From contig MQRK01216387.1 of the NCBI GenBank assembly GCA_001938485.1, forward strand, positions 79,846 through 143,845: a stretch of DNA of 64,000 bases, in the 5' to 3' direction. The number at the start of each line of letters is the position of its first letter. The first letter of the stretch is position 1. Of this stretch, positions 53,605 through 64,000 are shown piece after piece. Made by a program: the position numbers and the translations under genes. Origin of the DNA: Girardia tigrina. Lineage: Eukaryota. The notes under the pieces are model-generated. The model did no database searches. It was not told where the DNA came from and saw nothing but the letters and a program-made list of their open reading frames with translations.

Positions 53605-56600
53605 AAAATGTACCAAGGAGGTACACTATATGGAAACATACAGAAAATAAATAAAATTTATCCAATAAATTATTGGATGAAAATAACNNNNNNNNNNNNN
53701 NNNNNNNNNNNNNNNNNNNNNNNNNNNNNNNNNNNNNNNNNNNNNNNNNNNNNNNNNNNNNNNNNNNNNNNNNNNNNNNNNNNNNNNNNNNNNNNNNNNN
53801 NNNNNNNNNNNNNNNNNNNNNNNNNNNNNNNNNNNNNNNNNNNNNNNNNNNNNNNNNNNNNNNNNNNNNNNNNNNNNNNNNNNNNNNNNNNNNTCAATAC
53901 AATCAACTCAATTTTAGCCTTCCCATCAAACTCAAAACAATCCGAAATCTCATCGATGCAATTTGACTGAAATGTCTGACCAAATGGAAATCTGAGAGAA
54001 CGTTGTGTTCTCAACATATAAATTCAACAAAAGAAGATTTAAATATAAAAAACACAATTCCAGAAAATAATAATAAAAAAGAAATAAAAAATACCGAAAA
54101 TGAAAAAACAAATTTGTTTGAAAATGATCAGAAATACAGCAATGCCGAAAATTACCATTGTACCAGGTTTGACACTGGGGCCACTCAGTAAAAAAACAGC
54201 AATGCCAAAAATTTTATTATATGAGCAGCCGACCTCCTCATTAAAGTCATCGAACTTGAACCCAGGCACAGAGTCAACCGAATTCCTGGCGACACCTACT
54301 AGCAGAATATCAGCTATTATATCCTATGACACAGAGAAATTATTAAAGATATTATTATTAAAAATTAATTGAATCCCGAACAACTAGTCTCTGAGAAAAT
54401 GTTTCATATCAAAATACCAGTCCGCGTACCATAAGGTTGAGAAGCACTGGTCTAAATTATATAAAATACATTAAAAATAGATCATTCATTCATCAATCAA
54501 ATATCTCTCATAAAAATTTACGAATTTTTTTCCTTATTTTTGGAGGTGTTGAAATAAAAAAACCCTTTTCCCAGAAGGGTTCTCTCAATATTCATAGACT
54601 TTCTAAAAATCGAAATTAATATTTTATTTTTCAAATTATTTTTCCATTTAATTTCATATAATAAAAAAAACTAATAAATAAAACGATAACAAAAATTCCA
54701 CAAAAAATCTCTGTAAATCTATTGGTTATAATGGATTTTTTTAAAGTAAATTATAATTAACATAACGGGAATAAATGGCGTCACGTAAATTAAATGGATA
54801 TTTTTTCCCTATTGTTTACAATATTTATATAGATATTTAGAAAGAATTTCTATTCATTATACAATTTTCATAATAAATTGCAATTATTATTATTAGTATT
54901 ATTAAAAGCAAGTCTCTTTTAGTAGTCTCGATTTTTTTAACTAAAATATAACCAATGAGATTAATTATAAATTTCAACCAATAGAAAACCGGATAGCAAA
55001 CAATAAGTCTAAAAATTATATTAATGATTTTATAAATTGTTTAAATTATGCAATTCTAATTCTCATATGAATACTTTAATAGGATATTTTTTATTTGAAC
55101 TGATCTTTTTGAAAATATATATTTTAATCATTATTCGGAATTCAAATACTCACGGATCACCCCAAGAACATGTGGTGGTTTGGTCAAAAATGAATCCTTT
55201 GTAAGGGTTTTTTTGTATTTTCATTATATTTTTATTTTTCAAAATTCAACAAAAATCATTTCGTTTAGAAGAAATAAAATAAAAATTCATTTTAAAATTT
55301 AATTATCTATTTTGGAAACTGTTTTAATCAATTCTTTTTTTGAAAGTAGTTAAACAATAAAATTTTATTACCATAAATTGAATTAATTAACTCTATTGAA
55401 TATATAAAAATTAATCTTTTAAATTAATCTATTTAAAAGTTTCAGTTAAATTTATAAAATTCATGGAACGATCGACGAATTAATATATAATTTTATATAT
55501 GATTTTAAAAGATTATTTAAAATATTTAAAAAAAATTTAAATGTTTGAAAAATATTTTAAATAAAGGTTTTTTTAAGAAATTAATTATTAAACATGTTTT
55601 GAAGCTTCATACTTTTATAAATACAATTATAAATTAATTTGTCAAATATTTAAATGTTAGTTTAAATGGATGATTTTGAAAAATTATTTTAATTTATATA
55701 TTATTTCATTTGATAATAGCATTATTTTTTAATTTTATTAAAGATTTTAAGATTTGAAATAAATTTACTTTGACCATATACCTTTAATTAAATTATTTTA
55801 TATAAAATATTTTATTTATTTATTGTACCAAATATTTAAAACTTTAATTTTTCATTGAATTAATATTAACTACATTATCTTATTAAATGGTTGGATCAAA
55901 ACTTTCTCTTAAATTTTACAATTTTTAAGGACCCACCCAACAAAAGACATATGTAAGTAAATTTTTATCAAAAATATTTCTCCGTAAATAATTATGGAAA
56001 ATTATCCTTAACATTAATTTAAATGAATTTCATACAGAAAAGAAAGTGTCTTTTTAAAATTATTTTTATGACAAAAATAATGAATGACAGATGAAAGCAA
56101 TTTAATGATGGGACTCAGTGAATTTATTTCGATATATGTAAGCAACAAAAGAATATTTGAAAGTAAAAATATAATTTATAGGATATTGATTATTAATTTC
56201 TTTTACTCATTCGGTTTATGTCTGTTGGCGGGGGTATTTCATACCTGATACCGCTCATTGGCGACCTCCCTTGCGGTGAATATGACCGTTTATGTCAGTT
56301 TTTAAAATAAAATTTATTATTGCTTTCTTATTAATATCTTTTCATTCAATTAAATGAAATAAATATTAATTTTGAGTTTATTTTATTTGATTATTTCTAT
56401 ATCGCCAGTTTAAAATTTTCAAATTTTTTTTAATAATAATAATATTATAAAAATAATATTAGATAAAAATAAGATTTTTGAAATATGAATTTTAATCAAT
56501 TGAAATATTTAATATATAAGGGGTTAGTGTAAATTTTCAATTTGCTGAATAAATTAATGTTTTAATTTAAAAATTTTGCAAAAATTAAATAATAAAAACA

Positions 56601-56722
56601 GAGTTTAAAATCAAAAAAAATTTTTAGTTGATATATTTCAGTTGGCAGTTTTAAAATAAAAATTTTAAAAGAAATAATACAATAAATAAAAATAAAAATA
56701 AACAAAAATACAAAAAAAATAA

Positions 56723-56869
56723 AAATACAATTACTTTATTTCCATTAAATAAAATCCAATGAATGTGTAAAAACTTTAAAAATAATTTATTTTATTATAA
56801 AATAAATTATTTTTAAAGTTTTTACACATTCATTGGATTTTATTTAATGGAAATAAAGTAATTGTATTT
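56723..56869. repeat. Perfect palindrome, 73-bp arms, 1-nt spacer
   Basis: Centred on 56796; arms are exact reverse complements. Confidence 0.95.
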
Positions 56870-57102
56870 GTCATATAATTTTTAAAAATGCATTTTAAAA
56901 ATAAAAATTTGAAATAGTAAAAAGTCAAAAATATGTAATAGAATATAATAAATTATTTTGAAAGTAAAATAGAATTTATGAGATGAGTTGAAAATTTTAA
57001 TTAACGAAAATTTATTTGAAAATAGGGAGTTGTCATTAAATAAATTTTTTGGTGTTAAAAATGAATTCTGATATTGATGTTGCAACAACTTCTCACATAA
57101 TA

Positions 57103-58693
57103 CAGGGTGACGCAAAATAAACTCCAAGGTACTTTTCTATTGGATTTTTTTATCCACCTACTTTTTTATAGGTAAAGTATACATTTTCAGAATCCTGAGC
57201 GTCGCTAAATTCTGATGGTATATAAAAAAATCGAAAAAAACATCAAAAATTAAAAAAAAATGTTGAGACGAAAAATTTAACAAGCGTTCTTTTAAATGAA
57301 CTTAGAAAGTTTTACCATAAAATTTGATTCAAATGACGTATACGGATCAGCAAAAAGCTCATCTCGTTTTGATGCTTGTTGAGGAAGCCTATGATTATGC
57401 GCAGCTCAAAACTCGATTCCGAAGTGAAGCAAGAGATGGACGAGCAAAGATTCCGGAAAAAAGAGTCATTATAAAATGGATTGACGATTTTCGAGCGACT
57501 GGAAGTGTCCATGGAAATCGCGGAAAGAACAAGCCAAAACGTGTTCGCACCAAAGAAGCCATTGAAGACGTCCGTGAAGCCTTTACTGCAAATCGTCATC
57601 TATCAACTCGACGCAATCCATTTGTTTCAACTGGTGACGCTGACAGCGAAGAAGACGATCACGGAACAGTTCGTATGTCACAAAGAAGCTTGCAGCGAAT
57701 TTTGAAAGAAGACTTACAGATGCGTCCCTATCATTTGAAAATGGCTCATGCCTTGGAGGAGACCGACTATGCTGCTCGAATTGAGTTTACTCGAACCGAA
57801 TTGGATTGATTGGATGAAGATGCAAACAGACTCAACAATCTTCTTTTTACGGATGAAGCCCACTTTCATTTGGATGGAAGCGTCAATCGTCAAGACTGGA
57901 TCATGTGGGCCGATGAAAATCCTAATTGGTTTGATGTTCGTCGACTTCATCCTCAAAAATTGACAGTTTGGATGGGAATTGGTGTCGAAGGTGTTGTTGG
58001 CCCATACTTTTGGGAGCGACAAGGAAATGAGCGAGGAATCAATGGTCGTTGGATGACTGAATTGTATCAAGAGCACGTTATTCCAGAGCTTCAAACTTTG
58101 CCAAATTTCAATACTCTCATTGAGCAGCATGACGGCGCTCCGCCACACATTCTTGGAGATTTTCTTGAATTGTTTGGTCAACAGTTTCCAAATCGATGGA
58201 TAGGTCGCAGAACACGGGTGCACCCTGCTCCAGTTACATGGCCACCTCGCTCGCCAGATCTTACAGCATGTGACTATTTGTTGTGGGGCTACATGAAAGG
58301 TCGAATTTATCATCGCGAACAACGTCAAAGCACACTCGAAGAGTTGAGAGCAGCGATTGAAGGAGTTGCCAATGAAATCCGTGGAGACCGCGCACTTCGT
58401 GAACGCGTTGTGGCCGACTACAGACGACGTTTGCATGAATGTTTTCTTAGAGATGGAGGACAAGTTGAAATTCGATAATTAATTGTTGTTATGCTTTTAT
58501 GGAATAATAAGCTTGTTAAATTTTTCGTCTCAAATTTTTTTTTTAATTTTTGATGTTTTTTTCGATTTTTTTATATACCATCAGAATTTGGCGACGCTCA
58601 GGATTCTAAAAATGTATACTTTACCTATAAAAAAGTAGGTGGATAAAAAGATCCAATAGAAAAGTACCTTGGAGTTTATTTTGCGTCACCTTG
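57103..58693 (+). mobile_element. Long-TIR Tc1/mariner (DD41D/rosa-related) element, near intact
   Basis: ~183-bp TIRs (57103-57285, 58511-58693), TA TSD. Confidence 0.96.
57333..58478 (+). pseudogene. Transposase, 381 codons, one in-frame TGA at 57807-09
   Basis: ORFs 57324-57809 and 57810-58478 are in the same frame; FTDEAHF, QHDGAPPH, WPPRSPDLTACDYLLWG. Confidence 0.9.
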
Positions 58694-59277
58694 TACATTA
58701 CTTATTGTTTATGGTTATAATAGATCATAACGTAACTAAATAATATAAATATCCATAGATTAAAATACTTGAAAATGATTGGAAAAATCACTTGTATGTT
58801 TAAATGTAGTTGCTGTTTAATAAATGATTTGGTTTATTTTTAATTAAGTAACAAAATAGAAAGGTTTTGTCTTAATTAATCAGTGTTTTTTTCAAGAATT
58901 AAACTGTGTTTCCGTTTGATTCTATTTCTAAGGGATGTGACGAGATTGCTACTTCAACCGGGTCGTAAAAAGTATGCAAAATTTGCCAATTTATGAGACT
59001 TAATTAATACGATGTAAATTTTTGGTTTTTTATCAGAAATTATAGTTTGTACATGGATCTTTTTTTCTGAATTTATGAATAGGTTTTTTTGAATATAGGT
59101 TTTTGTTGATAATATTTTTTAGGAATTGTTTTTTATTCATTTTCAAAAATATAAATTGGCTAAATAATTATTTTGGAAAAATATAAAATTTTTAAATAAT
59201 AAAAAAATAGTATATAATTTTGATTAAATTATTTTTTATGTCTATTTTATCTTGATGACACAAACAATGTAATATTA

Positions 59278-60050
59278 CAGTAAAGATTCACAAAATGCAA
59301 CTACGAACACTTCGTAACACTAATTGCAACAAAAATAGTACACCTTATTCATTAAATGCAACTTTTCTCCAAAAAATTTGTTTTAATATTATATTTAGCA
59401 AAATATTAAACAAAAAGTAAATAGTTTAAATTTGAATTAAATTTTTTAGAAAATTTATATATCCATGAATAATAAAAAGAAATTATTCTTTTCTCAGAAA
59501 TTAGATATACTAAATGATATAAAGGAAAATATTCCAGTAAAATTAATATGTGCGAAATATAATGTACATAAAAGTACAATAACACGAATTAGAAACAATA
59601 GCGATAAAATATATGATTTTGCTAAACAGCCTTTTAAAAATCTGTGAAGATAAGCTGTCATCTAATGAGTCCTTAGTTCTTAAATTTTTGGAAAATTTAG
59701 AATCAATATCTATTGATTTTAATGAATGTAAGGAGATATCATTAATCAGTTTATATTGTTATGTTGTGCCAGATTCAGATGTAGAAGATGAAGAAATAAT
59801 GCAATTGGCATCGGGAGCCAATGAAATTTCCGGTAACATAATCACGGAGAAAAATATAGTTGATGAAATTCGTTCTGGCGGTAAAGATCAAAACAATGAA
59901 AGCTTTAATTCAGATATTAGTATCAATAATGTTATCAAAAGTTTAAATATTACCATTGATTATGCAGAAAGCAATTTAACCATTGAAGAAATTCTATTCT
60001 TACGAAGAATACGCGAGAAAATTATTTCTAAAAATTTACAATATAAATAA
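59278..60050 (+). mobile_element. Tigger/CENP-B-like internal-deletion derivative
   Basis: TA|CAGTAAA end; psq-type HTH KKLFFSQKLDILNDI..LICAKYNVHKSTITRI joined to a Tigger-like C-terminus (SDVEDEEI..LRRIREKI); no DDE domain. Confidence 0.75.
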
Positions 60051-60092
60051 ATTGTTTTCTTTTCATTTTCTTTCTTTTTTCAAATTGGTTTG

Positions 60093-60540
60093 ATTGGAAA
60101 AAACACGTCATCTTTGTAAGAGAATCCAAGAACATGGTCGGAATGTAGGTGGGAGTAATATTTCAGAACACAGAAAGGGTTGTAAGTCGAATGAAAACAT
60201 AAATGATTTTAAAATTCTGTGTTCTCGTTTTATAAACTATTGGGAGAGGGTGACCTGTGAAGCACTTTATATCAGATCTTTAGATCCTGAGATTAATGTG
60301 CAAATGGGTCTCTCGAAAACCCTATTGAGCGTGTTTAGATGACATAATAATCCATTGATGACATAATCACTGCTTGCCTATATAAGCAGATTTAAAATTC
60401 ATTTTTTTCTTGAGACCTGACGATGACGGTTATACCGTCGAAATTAATTGTCATGAAAAATAAATGTAAATTGATATTATCTTTAAACAATAAAAATAAA
60501 ACAAAAATAATGATCTCGACGAAATTATATTTACAATAAC
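60093..60540 (+). mobile_element. 5'-truncated Penelope-like element (GIY-YIG end + pseudo-LTR)
   Basis: IGK.TRHLCKRIQEH..SNISEH..FKILC..VTCEALYIRSLDPEINVQ; TATA-like CTATATAAG, hammerhead, then AATAAA. Confidence 0.88.
60408..60458 (+). ncRNA. Minimal type I hammerhead ribozyme
   Basis: GAC-CTGACGA-T-GACGGT(TAT)ACCGTC-GAAA-TTAA-TT-GTC; palindromic stem III ATTAAT; predicted cleavage after 60449. Confidence 0.85.
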
Positions 60541-60741
60541 AAATTTTTGTTAACTGTGAAAAAAACTGCCGTAAAGTTATTATTCAATTATTTAGTCTAC
60601 GAAACTGGGTAATATGATAAATTTGGAGATTTTCTTTTTTGTCTTTCTTTATTTCCTGTAGAAACATAAATTGTTTTGTTGATAGTTAAAAGTAGTGTTT
60701 GGATTTAGATAGACTAACAAAAGTACATGTTTGGTACAATT

Positions 60742-61129
60742 CTTAATAAGAAATTTAAAAAATAATGGCATATTTTTATTAAAATCAAGAACGCCATTAA
60801 AATCAAATTTTATTGTCGCAATATATTTAAAAATCGGAGGTGAAAACAACTAATTGTAAAATATTGTGTAGTAATTTTAAAAATTATTGGGAGAGAGTTA
60901 CTTGTGAAGCATTATTGATTAATTCACTTAATCCGTCCATTAATGTACAAACAAGTCTCTCTTCCAATTTGTTGAAAATATTTAATTAGTTATTACGCAA
61001 GATGTTTACATAATCATCAATTTGCTATATATAAGACAGCGAAATTGTTACTAATTCAGCATGAAGATGGTAGAAAATCCACCGAAATATATTGCAACAA
61101 TAAAATTTGATTTTAATTGCGTTCTTGAT
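60742..61129 (+). mobile_element. Second Penelope-like insertion with inverted 5' segment
   Basis: KILCSNFKNYWERVTCEALLINSLNPSINVQ..IFN* (stop 60987-89); 60781-60828 is an inverted copy of 61085-61132; 12-bp direct repeat TTTGGTACAATT at 60730-41 and 61130-41. Confidence 0.85.
61059..61095 (+). ncRNA. Variant minimal hammerhead ribozyme (C3A)
   Basis: GC-ATGAAGA-T-GGTAGA(AAA)TCCACC-GAAA-TATA-TT-GC; palindromic ATATAT. Confidence 0.65.
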
Positions 61130-61618
61130 TTTGGTACAATTATTCGCGGTTTGGTTTATGGATAAGATAAAACAGTGGATGTTATTATGGAGTCTTCTGA
61201 TTATCTTCTATAATTTGACTGCCTTCTTGATCGATATGCGCTTCTTCTTTTTGTTGGTCACAATAGTATTGCAATAATATTCCTTCTGATGCGAATTGAA
61301 TAAATTTCCATAAATTTGGTAAATAAGTAAAAACATTACTTAGGCTTATTTTCAAATTTAATTTATTAATCGATTATAGATAATTTTAATTTATTTTTAT
61401 GTTTTAATTATATTAAAATATTTGGGATCACTGTTTGGTGGCATCGTATCAATTAATATCTCTCAAATCAGTACAGATTTCAAATATTCAATTGATATCA
61501 AAATTATTTAAAATCTTAAAACTTTTGTAAATGTGAATTGGGAACAATAAACGTGTTTAATCTTTTTAATACGATGAAAATTTTCCTACGATAACTTAAA
61601 ATGTAAGACAGCTTAAAA

Positions 61619-62249
61619 GGGGTACAAACCGTTTTCGTACAGCCGTTTTGGTACCACAGTTTTGGTCATTGGTAAATTTATTTATAATATTTTTAACAGT
61701 AATTTTTTATTTTCTGTAATGCCGAATTTGTATAATTGCCGAATTCACAAACTCGGCATTTTTAAAAACTTTTTTAATTCAATTATGAAAAAATATATAT
61801 TTAAATATGAAAAAATATGTATTTAATATGAAAAATTATCAATTATATATGAAAAAATATCAATTTAACATGAAAAATTATCAAACTAATATTAAATATG
61901 TTTAAAAATTCACTTTTGCAATTCAGCTTACCCCCTAGTAAGAATTTTAAATAACTATGAATAAAAAATTAATATTTGGAGTCTATTTGCATAATAAATT
62001 AAGATATCTTCAAATTTAATTCATTTTTTTCATATGATCTTGATAATTTTTCATATTTAATTGAAATTTTTTCATAATAAATTGATATTCTTATCATATT
62101 AAATACAGAATTTTTAACATTAAATACATATTTTTCATATTAAATACAATTTTCCATATTAAATTGATAATTATTACAAATAGCGGTACCAAAATGGCTA
62201 GTACCAAAAACGACGGTATCAAAACGGCGGTACTAAAACATCCTGCTCC
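61619..62249. mobile_element. MULE-like foldback MITE
   Basis: GG..CC ends; inverted subterminal arrays CCGTTTTGGTAC / GTACCAAAACGG and ATGAAAAATTATCAA / TTGATAATTTTTCAT; 9-bp flanks AGCTTAAAA/TTCTTAAAA. Confidence 0.7.
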
Positions 62250-62529
62250 TTCTTAAAAGATGCATACTCAGAAAAGTTTTTGCAGCTGCTGTGTCATGTT
62301 TTATTGAAAAGCATTTCCATTCAACGATCTAAATATTAACAGGAACACTTTATTACTAATTGTCAAGATATAATTAAAAACGCTGGAGAATACATGTAAT
62401 TAGTGCCATTTGAAAATAGAGACAGAAATGAGATATAGTCTCAATACTCTCTTGGTGTCATAAGTATTTGCACATAAAATCAAATGACAAAATAACTTAT
62501 TTAGTAATTTGTACTTTTTTACATATGGT

Positions 62530-63500
62530 TATCAGATATAGATCCAGTAATCAGGAATGTAGTGTAAACTAATTCGTATCAGTAGCAGCAAACAATTAAG
62601 AGTTTTTCCAAGTGATATTTAACTTAATTTTTTGATTTTTAATCATTAAAAATGCCTTAATTGGATTTGTCGCACCTCCACTCGCAGCCCGGCTGACACT
62701 TGCATGCGTCTTTGCCAAATCTCTTGTGAAAGCAACACACGTTGCTGTTTGTGCTTTGTGATCGGTTCCGTCCTGATGATTTATTTCTGCTCGATGATCT
62801 GGCTTTATGATTACTGGTGGATCCGTTCTTCTCGATGTCTGCAAACTGGATAGTATTGACGTGATACTCGTAATCTGCGTGAGCACGTCTACATTTTGTG
62901 TTTCAGGTGCGCGTACTGTGACAGGGCTCGGAACAGGTTGGATGCTGACCTGAAAACAACTGTTGTCATTTGATTATTGAGTAAGCCAGCTGTTGTCAGC
63001 TACGAGTGCCGGAGTCGGAAGCTCCTGATTTTCCATGCCAGCCAAGATAGCTTGAGTAATTGGTGGCAATGATTTTAGGAAAAGTCGCGACAAGATTTTG
63101 TTGGTGGGATCCTGTGCTAGTCCAGGTTGGATCTTCTTTAAGTCATTGGTGACCCGCTTCAGGAACTCCGATGGCTTACTTGAACCAAGGATTTGCGTAT
63201 TGAAGTACGCCGCAAATGGGTCCTCAAAAGACGACTCATGGGCGGCGAGAATGATCCGGCCAAGTTCGTCATATGGCTTCTGATGCTGGTACAAATGATA
63301 GGTGTGCTTGTACACCACTTGCATCAGTTCAGCCGGTAAGATCGCTAGAGTATTGAGGAAGAGAGTTGACTGTGCACTGATGCGCTGCATCTTAAACCGC
63401 ATGTCGACTACACTCAACCATCCCTTCGGTGATTTATCACTGTTACTGAAATACGCCGGTGGGGGAATATTCGCAGTGATCGCACTGATACTCGAGTCTT
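62530..63500 (-). mobile_element. Gypsy/Ty3 gag plus protease relic
   Basis: PKGWLSVVDMRF..PYDEL..LGSSKPSEFL..FLKSLPPITQAILA..ALVAD; Zn motif CCFHKRFGKDACKCQPGCEW; LFAATD..FLI.TGS protease remnant. Confidence 0.85.
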
Positions 63501-64000
63501 AATCGTCGACGGGAGGTGGATTTGTCCCCGTATCCGATCCCCCGCGAAGATTCATGTGTACGATGACACGTGCATGATCTCCGATGCCGTACGCGGCCTA
63601 CGTCTGGTGTGGTTGGAGCGGTTTTGCGGCACACTCAAGCCAAAAACCGGTACGGAATATTTTAGCAACTGACGCAATTGCGTCACTTATTCACGTCAGA
63701 AGGGCGACCGTCATCGTCGAGCTGCCAAGAGCCCACTCAAATGTGATTTCGATCATTATTTGACCGGAATGACTGCGAGTTATGTCGTATGTTTCTTGAT
63801 AAGGTCGGTTGGAGTGATGGCTCTTTTCTGTGGGCAGTGTTATGGGCGACACTAAAAAACTTGGGCGGCAGTAGCTCCAAAAAGATTTTATAGTGTGCAT
63901 TAAATAAAATTATCAAGATATTAACATAAAAAATATTATTAGTTGCGATATGAAATTTAAGAATTGGAAAAATCCGACTTACATTGACCGATGGCGCAAA

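Noticed and set aside
57714-58463. 249-aa antisense ORF
   Set aside because: Shadow of the transposase frame; broken in the second copy and without recognisable motifs

Overview
Very AT-rich eukaryotic scaffold with many N-gaps and (TA)n tracts. It is almost certainly animal, because it has a DEG/ENaC-like relic and metazoan-type transposon families. The window is mostly decayed mobile elements. DNA transposons: Tc1/mariner (two near-full-length copies of one long-TIR, DD41D-related element plus about six mariner relics), pogo/Tigger, hAT (Buster, CGGBP1-like, Ac-like), piggyBac, MULE-like foldback and Helitron. Retroelements: RTE LINE, Gypsy LTR and several Penelope-like (GIY-YIG) relics. 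Host-like coding sequence is limited to an intronless BET-type bromodomain ORF and broken fragments (DDB1 N-terminus twice, DEG/ENaC, possibly a Sema domain). Highlights: (1) four minimal hammerhead-ribozyme motifs sharing the same extra U after CUGANGA, two of them directly behind Penelope endonuclease ORFs; (2) a long-inverted-repeat element that appears to have captured the DDB1 N-terminal coding segment (Pack-type capture, two copies); (3) a DD46D transposase with the same in-frame TGA between DNA-binding and catalytic domains in both copies; (4) a clear twin-priming inversion in an RTE LINE; (5) GC-rich structured islands that may be ncRNAs. All family calls come from motif recognition by eye; no searches were run.
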